Below are positions 12,037 through 25,837 of a DNA stretch of 64,000 nt, piece by piece (within the stretch, counting starts at the first letter, position 1; each line of letters begins with the position of its first letter). A program made the position numbers and the translations under genes. The notes beneath the pieces are model-generated. The model had not been told where the DNA came from. It did no database searches and saw only the letters and a program-made list of their open reading frames with translations. This DNA is from Macrostomum lignano (Eukaryota), in NCBI GenBank assembly GCA_002269645.1, contig NIVC01000235.1:106516-170515 (forward strand), given 5' to 3'.

Positions 12037-14689
12037 GTGAGTCCCAGATTGCTCGTTGCTGATATGCTAATTAGATGACGAGGCTTTTACTATCTAGGTA
12101 CAGTCATAGTTACTCTGACTGTTTTTCCTGGACTAGGATTTTTTAGCTAACTTTTTGAGTTTCCGGTTTGAGATGCTTTGCCTAAACCGGGTGCATCCGC
12201 AAGTCCCTGCAATTCCGCCTGCACCTGCGGGCGGGTAGTGACGCAGCTCAGTCTGGGGGTTTTCATATTTTTCAGATTTGCTCCAACCCTCTCGTCCCCT
12301 CAGTCTGCAAGTTTTTTAGCCGGTATTTCCCCGGGGACCGGGCGGACGGGGGGATGCCTTCCATTCGCCTGATTGACTTTCACCCTTTTTGCCTATCTGC
12401 GTAGATTTTCGATTTTTTTCAATGAGCTCCCCCTCGGCTCACCCTAGCTGAAGTTTGTCTCCAAATAATCCCGCGCTTTTACCGCGTTTTAAAAGCAGCC
12501 GCTGGCGTAAAAAAGTAGGGAAGCCGGTTCTTTTGCCGGGCCTGCGCACTCTTTCCAGTCTTGCCAGGCATTTGTGCCTGCTTTAAAGAAGAGTCCAGCT
12601 TTAGTCCTGCCGGAGCTCGCCTCGAGTTTCTTTTATCATCCGGGGATCATGCTAGCTAAATGAAATCTGATCCTCGCGCCAGTCTCTGCTTGTGTTGAGC
12701 TGAGCAGCTTTGAGCTGTGCAGTCACGAAACGGATATTGTAGATAGGCCTGCTTGTTAGGCACCTGTCTATTAGCTCACTGGCCGCGGGATGACTGATGC
12801 GCCCTAATCCCAAGCTTTTAGCCTAAAGCTTTTCGCATCCTTTGCCTCGCCAGAGCAAGTGTACTGAGCGATTCCTCGTGTCGCTCTTTAGGCCTACTTT
12901 AGTTCTCTTCTGCGCTGTTTGCGACTTATTGGTACAAAGTTCTTCGCCTCCTCCTAACTACTAATTGCCTGGCCAGCAGTTGCCATGGCCTGCGCGACAA
13001 CCAGAAGGAACCATTGATTAGCGGGCAGATGGGAACTGAAGCCGGCTTTGGATCCCGAGCGGACTACTATTGATTTCCTTGGCAGTCTCGGCTTAGTTGG
13101 ATTAGTCTGGGCCACAGAGTCTGCCAGGACATGGCCAGGGCGGGGCCGGCCGCACTGTTCGATACAGCCGTTCAAAAGTGTCTCCGCATGGGGATAAATC
13201 TCCAGTCGATTCCCGTCGCTTCTGCTTGGCCAGCCTTCGCGTTATTTTTATTCATACCCTCGCCACAGCCATCCCCAGCCTCGTGAGCGATGGGATGGGG
13301 GAAGCTTTTCTCGAGTGGGCTTTTGGATATAGAGTTGGGAATTTATGCTGGGAAGCGGGGGGGGAGTTGATCCACTTCAATTTTTCCTCTCGGTGGACTC
13401 GGCGCTGTAATTTCTGAATTTCTCAGCCGGTCAGCCAGTCGGACCAGCTCGCACTTTTCAGTGAACCCGCTCCGAGATTAGGCGGGCTCGATGGCTCCTC
13501 GGGTTGACCAAAGCTTGGAGAAAAAATTGTGAATGAAAACAACAGGCGCTCTCGGCGGAGACTGCCCGCCGCTTCGTGACAGAAATGCGCAAATTGAGTG
13601 ACTGACAGACTGCGGGCTACGGCCCGAGAGCTGTCCGCTCCGTCCTGATTAACCATAAATTAAAAAACCCCGAGAAATGCACTCATTATTAACAAAACTA
13701 TTGAGCGTTGGCGCGTGTTCAAACAGATATTTACTGACTTATTTTATCGTTGCGGCGCTTTTGGCACTGCCGCAAGACAAGGCCACAGTTGGTCTCTTCT
13801 TGTGTGTGCTGATTGCTCAATCCGTGTGTGCACTGACCCCCCTCCACGAATTATTGTGGGCGTGCGCGGACCCAAACCTGGGGAATTTGGGGCAAAAGCC
13901 AGGTACAGACACGGCGCCTCTTCGCTGCTCATGCCCCAGTCAGATTTGCACTTATATGTTCATAGTGCTTTTGCAAAGAAAGGGGGGTCTTACCCCCATC
14001 GAACCCGGGACTCTTATTTGTTACAAGTACATTCGGTTATCATTAGAGCGCGGGATTAGCACTTGTCCTTGTGGCGATCCTTCAGAGAGATCCGCGGCCG
14101 ATGGAGGCGGAGCGGAAGAAAACAAGAAAAGGAAAGCGAAATAGGAGACTGGTGGAATTTATTTAGGGAATCGAAAATCGAAATTTTGTAGCCTTCTAAT
14201 CCGGTTTCTGATGTTTTGTCTCATTTTGTGTCCCCCTGACCAGCATCTCCCTTCTTCATCAGTGCGCGGTGCACTTTTAAAATTATGCAACGCTTCAGCC
14301 TCCGTATTGTCCATTTGCAACCCAGCGGGTTGGCGATTGAATGGACACGAGAATCGCATTTAGGCGTATCCGCTTGCTGTGCGGAGCGAAGGGAAAGGCT
14401 CGTATATATGCGATTGTGCCCTCCATTGCCTAGAGACACAAGTATTTTTGACTCCGGCTAAGTAGCCGGCTGCCGAACTGAAGGTCGTCGCATCTGCGGG
14501 CTCGCCTCGTTTTTGACTATCGGGTCGTGTGAGTAGCTGCTCTCGGCGCGGGCTTTTTGCTGCTGCTGGCAAATGCAAGACCATAAAAGGCCCTGCATTT
14601 CATCTGTCTTCTCCCCCTCTCTCCCTGTCTCCCTCTCCTGCTCTCCATGTCCCCTCCTGCTCATCCCACCCTCTCCTGCTCTCACTGTC

Positions 14690-15190
14690 TCCCTCTCCGT
14701 CTCTCTCCCTCTCCGTCTCCCTCTCCGTCTCCCTCTCCGTCTCCCTCTCCGTCTCTCTCCCTCTCCGTCTCCCTCTCCGTCTTCCTCTCCGTCTCTCTCC
14801 CTCTCCGTCTCTCTCCCTCTCCGTCTCCCTCTTCGTCTCTCTCCCTCTCGGTCTCCCTCTCCGTCTCCCTCTCCGTCTCTCTCCCTCTCCGTCTCCCTCC
14901 CTCTCCGTCTCCCTCTCCGTCTCCCTCCCTCTCCGTCTCCCTCTCCGTCTCTCTCCCTCTCCGTCTCCCTCTCCGTCTCTCTCCCTCTCCGTCTCCCTCT
15001 TCGTCTCTCTCCCTCTCGGTCTCCCTCTCCGTCTCCCTCTCCGTCTCTCTCCCTCTCCGTCTCCCTCCCTCTCCGTCTCCCTCTCCGTCTCCCTCTCCGT
15101 CTCTCTCCCTCTCCGTCTCCCTCTCCGTCTCCCTCTCCGTCTCTCTCCCTCTCCGTCTCCCTCTCTGTCTCCCTCTCTTCTCTCCCTCTC
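14690..15190. repeat. Compound CT-rich microsatellite (CTCCGT/CTCCCT/CTCT)
   Basis: Low-complexity pyrimidine array; it is the source of the RE/SL/SP-rich ORFs. Confidence 0.95.
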
Positions 15191-15957
15191 GTGCTCTTTA
15201 CCTCTCCTCTCCCTTTTGCTCTCCTCCCCCTCTCCACCTCCACTGTCCCCCTCCACTCCTCTCCGACATCCCACCCCCAGGAAAGAAATCCTTTCCTTAA
15301 TTTTTGAATCTCATTTTAACCTTCATTACTTCTTCCCTTAAATCTCAAATAACAAAAGTAAACTACGCAACATATCGGTACCAAGGTATAGCTCTGCTTT
15401 ACTGACTTATCAAATTGACTTGAAACTTCTGCAATATCAGTTAGATATAAATAGTTTACTCCAAGCCTTCAACTTCGAGACTAGTCCAAAGAAACTCTGC
15501 GCTTTGGTTAACAGGAATTTCACCTGCCTTCAAAGCTGGCTAATTATATCAATTCTGCTGGCCAACTTCAACCTGCGGCTTTTGGAATTCGCTAATAGCC
15601 TAGGCCTCTCTTTGGCAGGCTTTTCAACTAGCAATCTTTCAACTAAAAGAGGGAATGTCTTAACCGTTTTGTTTGGGCAGCATAAATTCACTTTCCGTTC
15701 TCTGCTCTGTCCGCCCCTTTCGCCTTCTCTTTTTTTGCGCAAAGCGTCACTTGGTGCAGCAGCAGCAGCAATAACAACTTTGCACTTTATCTGGGCACAA
15801 GAAGGCGAGGCCGCACCTGCCTGCCTGCCCTCCTAGTTTTAAATTTTATGTACGACAGCAGATGGCTATAAATATTGGCAACCTCAAGCAGCAGCTAATT
15901 TCGTATCAGAGTTTAATCAGGGTGTGCAACACAGGCGCCAAAATACATGGCGGCTGA

Positions 15958-16110
15958 TTCTGTACATCGGAATCCTGTCCAGTGTCCACCCCCTGATTCG
16001 GCTCAGCTATTATTCTGTCCATCAGAATCCTGTCCATTCCCTGATGCAGCTCAGCTATGATTCTGTCCATCGGAATCCTGTCCATTCCTTGATGCGGCTC
16101 GGCTATCCTT
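15958..16110. repeat. 48-bp degenerate tandem repeat, ~3 copies
   Basis: The unit catc(a/g)gaatcctgtccattcc(c/t)tgatgc(a/g)gctc(a/g)gctatgattctgtc recurs. Confidence 0.75.
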
Positions 16111-17802
16111 AAATAGCCCATGGACTGATGAGACTTAGTTCGAGCTTAAGTAGCACAATAATAATTCCAGTAAGAAATAATATTGACTATAGCTTATATC
16201 TGCTCAAATTCCGAAATCCCTGCTTAGTAAAATCTTTTACTTAATACCCAAGTGAAATTGGTTTCCCAGCCTCTCTGCTGCCTCTCCCATCTCCCCTTTT
16301 CTTTCCTTTCCACACGTCCTTCCTGTGTGCCCGCAAGTTTTAGTTTAGCTGACTGACGGACTCGAGAGTCAATTTTGCGAATAGATAAGCACCATAATAT
16401 TTACTTATTGTTCGCTCGAAATTGCTCTCGCGATTGGAATTTTTAATTTCATTTATGCTCTCTGATTTTTGCTTGTCAGCAGTGCTTAGCGATGTAACGA
16501 TTTGCACTGATTTAAAGATTTTTTTCATAAAAGATACGTACGTGTATTATTAGTTCTACTGATTTAAGTAGCTACATGCGTGTATTATTTAACTTAACAA
16601 ACAATAGTCCTAATTTTGGTTATTTAATGTTGAAAATCACAACCGTGCTACTCGTTGCAAGTAGAAACTAACGCGTATTTTCTGATCTATATAGTTCTGA
16701 GAGCAGGTTGCTCACCAGCTATTTCAAGGACTAAGTACCCAGTTTGCTTGGTGTGTATGCGTGAAACCGGGTGAATTTGCTTTCAAACCAACAAGTTGCT
16801 TCACTAATTTACAGCGCGGTGTGGTTCGCAGCACTTTTTTTACTTTTACTTACCAGTGTAAGTAGTTTATTTTGCCAGTTTAGTTTTATGACTTTGTACT
16901 CGTAGCTCTCTATTGCATTTTGTCACCTATCACCGACCCCATTTTCTCTGACCCCCTTCGCGCGCTGATTGGCTGCTGAGTTTCATTTAGAAGTTTGCAT
17001 CTTTCTGACGCCAGCCCCAGGCTGTATCATTTCATTACATTAATAGTTATAAGCTGAATATTAATTAAATTAATTACAAGTCCTGTAACGCAAAGTATGA
17101 GCTGCCTTAGAGGAAAGTTTTAGACCTGTGCCCAGGAAATCTTGTACTCTCAGGACTAGGGGCTTGCAACTGTCAGAAATCCGGTAGCTGCTGACTGTCC
17201 TCAGCCTCTCTTTTCTCCCCAACTCGGTCACTGCTTCCTGCTGTGTCCCTCGGCTCTGCGCCCGCCCCTTTGCCCTTCTAGTTCTTCACCCACCACTTAA
17301 TTAGTTGCCAACCAGCGCGAAAAAGCTGCAACGCCTAAAAAAAAGATGAAGATCTCCATCTTTGCCCAGCCTTCTCCTGCCGTTCCCCTGGTGGTCGGGT
17401 TGTATTTCCGAAAAAATGGTATCCAGTCAAACGTTCGTAGCCATTCCCAAAGTTATGGGGCATGGCATGCGCCCGCTATTAACATTCTGTCGGTCTTCTT
17501 GTCTGTCTCTCTGGCCGTCGGTCTGTCCGGCACCCCCGCTTGCTTCCCCGTTTGGCCGCCCCGCCTACTGCAGTTTCCATGTTGTAAAAAAGTTCGAAGG
17601 CGACAACACGTTGGAAAACAGTTCAATTGTAAACTGCTGCCTTGGGGCTGCGTCTTCTTTTATCTCTCTCTCGTCCGTGGCAAACACAGCATTTTCGAAT
17701 CTTCTCCGTTGGCCCAGACGTCCCAAGCTCGATTCCAGGGGTGTGGCCTAGAATCCTGGCCGCTTAAATCTTAATCTGCCTCCTCTCAACTCGTTTAGCT
17801 GT

Positions 17803-18548
17803 CTGATACTATTGATACTAGTCTGATACTAGTCTGATACTAGTCTGATACTAGTGTGATGCTAGTCTGATACTAGTCTGATACTAGTCTGATACTAGTC
17901 TGATACTAGTCTGATGCTAGTCTGATACTAGTCTGATGCTAGTCTGATGCTAGTCTGATGCTAGTCTGATACTAGTCTGATACTAGTCTGATACTAGTCT
18001 GATACTAGTCTGATACTAGTCTGATACTAGTCTGATACTAGTCTGATGCTAGTCTGATGCTAGTCTGATGCTAGTCTGATACTAGTCTGATACTAGTCTG
18101 ATGCTAGTCTGATACTAGTCTGATACTAGTCTGATGCTAGTCTGATACTAGTCTGATGCTAGTCTGATGCTAGTCTGATACTAGTCTGATACTAGTCTGA
18201 TACTAGTCTGATACTAGTCTGATGCTAGTCTGATACTAGTCTGATGCTAGTCTGATGCTAGTCTGATGCTAGTCTGATGCTAGTCTGATACTAGTCTGAT
18301 ACTAGTCTGATGCTAGTCTGATACTAGTCTGATACTAGTCTGATGCTAGTCTGATACTAGTCTGATGCTAGTCTGATGCTAGTCTGATACTAGTCTGATA
18401 CTAGTCTGATACTAGTCTGATGCTAGTCTGATGCTAGTCTGATACTAGTCTGATGCTAGTCTGATACTAGTCTGATGCTAGTCTGATACTAGTCTGATGC
18501 TAGTCTGATACTAGTCTGATGCTAGTCTGATGCTAGTCTGATACTAGT
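17803..18548. repeat. 10-bp minisatellite CTAGTCTGAT(A/G), ~74 copies
   Basis: Directly visible; two variants (A or G) are interspersed. Confidence 0.97.
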
Positions 18549-20422
18549 ACTAGCTACGAGTAAAAGTATTCCAAGTGTAACAAACCGTGTTTTGTATCCG
18601 TGCCCAATTTATTTCCCTATCGCCCCTAATCCTTCCAGCTATTTTTTTCTGTTCTATTATCTCTCCGTCTGCTCGTCGCTCTCTGGCTTTGTCTGTCTAT
18701 CGCCGCCGCTACGGGAGGTGGGGGTGGGGGTACGGGCCGGGCTGTCGCAGGCTGGGGCGATAAAAGTTTGCGTGCAAACACACCGGCTGATTGATGACGC
18801 CGCGAAAGACTTTGCGAGGGTCGCTCCAGATGAAGCGTAAAGCTAGCTCGTATTGGGGAAACACTATTGATATAGATGGCAGGCCGAGTCTCTGCGTGTC
18901 CTGTGCAGGTTGCGCCTCCTCCCTTTCTCCTCGGTGCTATCGACCTCAGCCCCCCCCCTCAGTGAAAATGCTCTGCTAAGCTGCACCGATCGAGTTAACC
19001 CCGATTGTTTAAGCCTTGAGCTCCATCTTGAAAAGTGCACGCGCACCCCTGCGAGCCAGGTGTCAGGCCAGAAAGGGCCTCCGGCGCAGACACTTCAAAG
19101 CGGCGACGGGTATGAAGATAAATTTTCCTGCGCGGCTTCTAAAAGAAACTGAATGGGAGGGGTGGGGTTGCTTTTTAAGTTAACCAGTTTCTGTTCCTGT
19201 CTGACTGGCATTCGCCTGCCTGCCGGCTGTTTCTTCTTCTTTGCCGCTTGCAGACAATTTTTCATTCGACCGCGGGGCTGGCTGTGCTAATAATAATAAT
19301 AATAATAATAATTACCATTATTATGGTGCTGGCACAGATAATTCTGTCTCTGTTCCCCGAAGCCGTGCGCCAGCTCTATATTAGCCGCTGGGGATTTTCG
19401 CCCCGCCTTCGTCGGGATTCCCACGGCCGCTGGCTGCCCCGATCGAGAGAGTTCGGTAATAAAAAATATTTTCGGCCCGATAATTTATGACCGTCTCATT
19501 GATTTTGGCTTGACTCTCTTGGCGCATTATCCCGCTGCCGCGAACTTCACCGTATGCCCCGAGTCCGGATGCTCAGCTGCTCAAATTTCCCCTGGCGCCG
19601 AGGCTTGCGTACTCTTCTTTTCTGCTGCTAGCAACTCCTCTCTGCCGGTATTCGGCAAGATATTGATGGCTCCGTCTGGCAATGCCGGAGGATTCAAGGA
19701 CTTCTGAAGAAAGAGATCTGGATTAGAAAGTAACCTACATGCCCTGGATCGGTTTTGAAGGCTCGCTTTAGTCTCAACCCTGCAAGGTTCGAACCCGCCC
19801 TAGTCTGTGCGTTTGGCCCGATATATAAAAGTTCATTCGCGCCCAGCTGATCGCATGACTCATGCTTACCATGCCTCTATCTATCAGACAGATCTCCCCT
19901 AACCTGCGGAGCGATGGCCTCTCACAGCCCGCTGCCCGCTCTCCCGCGCCGAGAATCCGCCTTGTCAATGCTTTGGCCCGGGCGGATCCGGGGTATCGCC
20001 ATCATCATCATCATCGCCCTCTGCAGCGAAAACTTATTCCTCCCTGCCCGCCTCTCTCTTGTTTTTACTAGCCAGTCCGCCTGCCATGCAGCTTCATCAG
20101 TCTTCGTCTCTTTTTAACTACTGGCCGGTTTTCTACTGCCCCTTTTTTATCTCCTCCTCCCCAAGCCCGTGGCTTGGTTTTCTTCCACTCGGCTGGTTCA
20201 CGCTTTACAAATTGGTTCACCTCTCCTGCTCTACCTGAGCCCATGTCGTTGCCACTGCACTAATGAGTTTTTCCCTGAATGAGTCGGTTTGGGGCGGTTC
20301 CCGTGACTTCCACTCTTTCCGCTTAGTGTTTCCCCTGCTCACTGATTCGATATTTTGGATGGTATTGACGGGATGGACGGGACATTCTATCATGGTTGAT
20401 TGGGAAACGGGGCGGGTCAACC

Positions 20423-20441
20423 ACTGACTGACTGACTGACT

Positions 20442-20492
<51 letters not shown>

Positions 20493-20828
20493 TGACTGAC
20501 TGACTGACTGACTGACTGACTGACTGACTGACTGACTGACTGACTGACTGACTGACTGACTGACTGACTGACTGACTGACTGACTGACTGACTGACTGAC
20601 TGACTGACTGACTGACTGACTGACTGACTGACTGACTGACTGACTGACTGACTGACTGACTGACTGACTGACTGACTGACTGACTGACTGACTGACTGAC
20701 TGACTGACTGACTGACTGACTGACTGACTGACTGACTGACTGACTGACTGACTGACTGACTGACTGACTGACTGACTGACTGACTGACTGACTGACTGAC
20801 TGACTGACTGACTGACTGACTGACTGAC
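20423..20828. repeat. (ACTG)n microsatellite, ~100 copies
   Basis: Nearly perfect tetranucleotide array; it is the source of the SQSV ORFs. Confidence 0.98.
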
Positions 20829-22789
20829 ACTGACAATCAACAGATGCAATCACAGATATGGTGAGTTGAGTTGCAACCTAAATGATGAATTGCGTCTCCA
20901 GGTAGGCGGTCTGTGTTCAGTCCATCCTCACCCCAGTTTATGTCATTACAAAGTCGAATTGAGTTTCTACTGATTGATTCGGGCCTCAGCGCTGCGTGCC
21001 AATCACTGCGCCCGGCCCGGCGTCTTTGCCTCAGTGACCTCGCGGTCTGTCGGGTCAGGTGAGCAGGGCCTCCTGCTGCTGTCTAATTGCTGGCGCGTGT
21101 CGGGGTTCCTAGGCAGGACTCAATCTCGCTTGCTGGAACGTGAGAGAGAGAGAGAGAGAGAGGGAGAGACCTGACTGATTGAAGAGCGAATTGAGAATCT
21201 ATGAAATCTACTTCTTGAGCTAAAGCTGTTCCCGTCTATTTCTGTTGCAGTTAAAACGATTTGCATTAACATTGCATAGCAGCACAATGGGATCTACTAG
21301 CGAATGAATGACTTGTGCTGATTAGCAGCCCCCGGCACTGTTCAACACTGTTGTAGCGTGACAATTGATGAGCTCGTGTAGCCTCTTCTTTCTGATTTTT
21401 TGAGCACGAATAAGATGAAGCAGGCTTACAAGCGTGGGACTATGCTTTTTCGCATGTTTTTTCAAACTGCTACTTTTCGCAGCGTCTTGGCGCTCCGTGT
21501 CCTTAAATTACTTCGCCCGTTCTTAATGCTCGAATCCCGGGCGGGCTCGGGTTTTCCCATTCACTGGCCCGAGCACAGAGTATCAGCTCTTCGCTACCTC
21601 CGTGTCCCTTCATTTCGCTACCCATCAGAGGCTTACTTCTTTCTCCCTTCTCTCGTATTCTTGCTCGCCCTCTGAACTCCGCACCGCCGCTGCTGCTGGC
21701 ATTCGCGTGTTCCGCGCTCCCAGCTGCCAAGCTTCATCCCCACAGGCTCGGCTCGCATTGGCCCCCGGCTCGATCCCCATTCTCTTTTTTTTCACGCGAC
21801 TTTCTTCCTCCTCCCTGCCCCCAAGTTTCTTTTGCTTTCTTGCTGCCCACTCGCGCTGTCTTTCGCTTTGGTGCCCCTCCCCCCGCTTGTCCCCAAGTGC
21901 ATCGCCGCCCATATACGCTGTCTGTATATTTATATACAGCACTGGCTGGGTCAGCTCTTGACAACATTCAAGAGATTATAGTCCGCAGAAGCAAGCTGCA
22001 CCAGGACTGGTTGGCCCATTAGTTGCCAGCCATCGCTAAGCGCAGTTCAGCCTCTCCAGCGCCTCTCCCAGCCGGCCTCTTCCGCGGCGCCACTGAATCC
22101 GAGCAGAGTGGCCCTCTCAGCCCTATATTGCATAGTGGCTTTTCTCTTTTAACCGCGCGATCAGGCCTCAAGTTTCCTGCGTTGCTCAGCTCTCGCAGTC
22201 TCCGCGCTGTCCCCTCCATCTGATCGGCTCTTTTTTCTCGTTACCTCTCCTTAGTTTTCCACTCTCCCTAATCCTTGACTCCCTCTCAAGGCTCTCTCCA
22301 CTGGCTCGCCTCCCTCTCGCACCCCAGCAGCTCTCCCACTGGCCAGCCAGTCAGCATCCCGACTGCTTCATCTAGGTGTGAGAGAGAGCTGAGCTGAGAA
22401 TCAATAGGCTCAATCTACCCACTGCTCTGCCTACCAACACATCCACACACTTCTCTATTTCTGTTACCATTCCCCCCGTCTCTGCTCCCCAGCCTTGCTT
22501 CCCAGCCTCCCTGGCGCGTCATCTGTCACGCCAGTCGCTCCTCCTCCCATCTGCCCTTTTCACGAGGCCTGCTCTGTTCTCCCCGTGCCCTCTCTAACGC
22601 AGAGCTCCCCGTGTCAGCTGGCAGCTTCAGCCTGCTCAAGCCTTGGCTCTCTCTACTATCATTTTGCCCCTGCCAAACAAATCTGCTATTCGCGCCACTG
22701 GCAAAACGGGGTCGCATGACAGCGGGAAGCGCGGCTGGTTAATAAGCAGACAATCGAAAGAGGCAGGAGAGGCTCAGTCACGCCTGGAA

Positions 22790-23408
22790 ATGTACCTGGC
22801 AACGTCTAAATCGTTCGACAGCGAGCTGTGCCACTGCTACAAGAACCTCAACTATGTGAATTACTTTGAGAAGAGCCGCCTGCTGCAGAAGAAGCTCAGG
22901 GCGGCGGCGGCCTCTTCAACTCTGCAGGACCTGCCCGAGGAGGAGAATAATAACCCTAACGGGGGGCAGGCCAGCAACTATGAGCTCAGGTCCGAGACCA
23001 GCGACTCGCTGCCGCTGTCTGCCAGCCCGCCTGGTGAGGCCATCCCCAATTCCAGGTCGCACCCGCTTATGCACCACCTGACTTCGGCTGCGTCCAGCCA
23101 AGGTCGCGAGTTCGATTTCGCTAGCGGCCACAACAACAGTCAGCGACGTCGGCGCCCGCGCTTCGCCACAATTTTTTCTCGGAAAAGTGGCGCCGGCGCT
23201 TTGAAATCAGCCGGAGGCGGGGATGAGCAGAAGAGCGACGGCGGCTCAGGCGGCGATAGCGGCAGCTTTTTCAGTCGTTTGTTTCGCAAGCCGCGAAAGC
23301 AGCAGTCGGCCCTGCCGCCACCACCAAAGCAGCAGCAGCAGCAGAAGCATCTGCTTTCACAGGATGGATTTCCAACAACGGCTGATGATGGCTGGGCATT
23401 TAAATCAG
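22790..23408 (+). CDS. CDK16/17/18: PCTAIRE CDK, candidate alternative first coding exon 1B
   Basis: The open frame MYLATSKSFDSELCHCYKNLNYVNYFEKSRLLQKKLR...SFFSRLFRKPRKQQ...DGWAFKS has coding-like composition. It ends at TCA G|GTATTC (23409) in phase 1, compatible with the acceptor at 30079. It lies inside the 18-kb intron that follows exon 1A. Confidence 0.6.
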
Positions 23409-23476
23409 GTATTCATTGCTACAACGGACTCATCATTCATTCATTCAGATCTTCGTGTTTGTTGGATGTCTGATGG

Positions 23477-23712
23477 TAGCAGCAGACAACAGAGTCTCTG
23501 GGTTAGCAGCAGACAACTGAGAGTCTCTGGGTTAGCAGCAGACAACTGAGAGTCTCTGGGTTAGCAGCAGACAACTGAGAGTCTCTGGGTTAGCAGCAGA
23601 CAACTGAGAGTCTCTGGGTTAGCAGCAGACAACTGAGAGTCTCTGGGTTAGCAGCAGACAACTGAGAGTCCCTGGGTTAGCAGCAGACAACTGAGAGTCT
23701 CTGGGTTAGCAG
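23477..23712. repeat. 29-bp minisatellite GTTAGCAGCAGACAACTGAGAGTCTCTGG, ~8 copies
   Basis: Directly visible, starting ~70 bp after the exon 1B donor. Confidence 0.95.
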
Positions 23713-24542
23713 CGGCCCACAGCAAGGCATTGGACTGTCGGCGCCACTTGAGTTGTTGGCCGGCCTTACAGGCAAAGTGCAAGCTGGCGGCCAAAGCAGA
23801 CGACTCCGCTGAGCTGGCTGGCTAGAGAAAAAGCTAATCAAATCAAGCTTGGTCTGCGGAACATTTTGCTTTAAGACTCAGCCGCTGCTCGGACTTAAGC
23901 CGGGAATTTCTTTGCTAGCTCACGTGCAACTGGGCGGGATTAATGCGGCCCAGATGATGTCCTAAGCCGCAGCTGGGCTGCCAGTAAGAGCAGTGGTTTA
24001 GTGCGACATCTGAGTATTGGTGTGTTATCGCTGTCTGCCCGGCGGCTATTATTCAGTGCCGGCTCGAGCTGGCTCAAATTGTGTGCTCGAATTCCCGCAG
24101 GAGTGGCCCTCAGTTTCAATTGACTTCTTGCCTCTTGTGTGAGAATAACAGCTCAGCTACAGTGTAAAGCATTGAACTGAGAAACCGGGCACAGCAGTTG
24201 GCTTGACCGGAGCAGTGTCGCCGTCACATCAGCCCCCGCCCCATCTGCTGCTTCCTTTGCAACTCGAGACGCCTTGTATCTTAGCTCAGGGCTCAGAAGT
24301 GGCCGGGTTTTAAATTCCCTCTTCACCCTGTGAGCCCCTTCTTCCTTCCTTGCTCTTGTCAAGTTCGGCCTCGCGAGAGTCTGCTGTCGCTGTAGCCGGC
24401 TTTTGTCAGGGAAGAGGAAATAATCCGGGGGAATGGGGGGATGTACTTATGCCGCCGCACCGACTGCGGCTAACGAGCCCGTGTGCTTGTCAATTATTTA
24501 GCGCTCGGCTCAAATCTCCGCCCGCCCTGTCGGCCTGTCTCG

Positions 24543-24546
<4 letters not shown>

Positions 24547-24619
<73 letters not shown>
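24547..24619. repeat. (CT)n microsatellite
   Basis: Perfect dinucleotide run. Confidence 0.97.
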
Positions 24620-24623
<4 letters not shown>

Positions 24624-25837
24624 ACTCTTTTTCCCGCTGAAATCCTCACAGCAAAAAGCCATCTGGCACTTTTTGTCATCTGGCTTTGACTAACCCAATA
24701 ATGCGCTTTATGGCATTGCTACACAGGAGAGCGTCCCGGTCCTTCCTTCGCGTTAATTCACTGAAAGATAACATTTATTTTTTGCCTCGGCTTAATCTTC
24801 AATTCGTGTTTCCCGTCCCGGCTGGTTTAGCTCCCAAATATGGGATCAAGCCTTCCCGCATCGTTGAGTGATGGCGGCCCTAAGGCCTTCAGCGCGCGCT
24901 TGGCTTGCGCAGTTTCTGGTGGAGTGCGCGGGGGACGGCCCGGGCCAGAAGCTTTGACGGGCTCGGGCGACAGTCAACATGTGTTGCCTGTCTTCACCCT
25001 CCATCGCCAGTCTCCCATCCAATTCTTCCCCTCATATCCTGCTGCCGTCTTTTTGTTCGCCAGCTCTCTCAGTTTGTCTGTCTGACCGTCAGAGGAAGTT
25101 CGTTTTGCCCCCCCCGCTGCCTCGCAGCCAGCATCCAGGAACCTTGGAAGTGGAGGGGATAGGCCATGAAGTTCTGGGCGTAGAAGCAGAATTAAAGTCT
25201 GCATTTCCCCCGAGGTCTAGGCTGGTTTTCTTCTAATTTCTTAATTTTTGTTGGAAAAACTCTTCGTAAAAGTTTTTCGCACGGATGAAGATGGGGTTTT
25301 TGTGTCACTAAAATCCCCAAATTCCCATTTAGATTTTTGTTACAAGTTTATTCTGAGGTCTAAATCTAGAAATTTTTATATCCCAGAATATGGAAAGCGG
25401 TGTGTCTTTTTTCGTTGTTTTTCAGACCAGAGTTTGAATGAAAACCATCTAAATTATCTATAGTTAACTGATAACTCGTGATTGAATATTCACGTGCTTC
25501 TCAGTTACGGTTGCTTAAATCTAAGTTGGATCGTTTCAGCATAGCAGCAGCACTCAAGTGTCTTATCCAGATGGTAGTTTCAAAACCTCTTGACCAGGCA
25601 ACGTCTGCGCACGCTGATCGATGGGAGTTTCCTCCCATTTCCTCTTTCTGCGTGTGAAAATATTTTTGTGAACATGGGGCATTTTTTAAAACTAGCTATT
25701 TTCATTTCTTCGTAATTGGAAGTGCGTCTCGGCCGCTGCTTCTTCACTTCTGGCATCTCTGTCCGGTAGTGCATTCTTGTTGCTGGGTCAGACTGGCTTG
25801 CTCTGTTACTCGCATTGCGGGGCAGAGATTGGAGAGG

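Noticed and set aside
14458-15341. RE-rich and SL/SP-rich ORFs
   Set aside because: Translation of a CT microsatellite.
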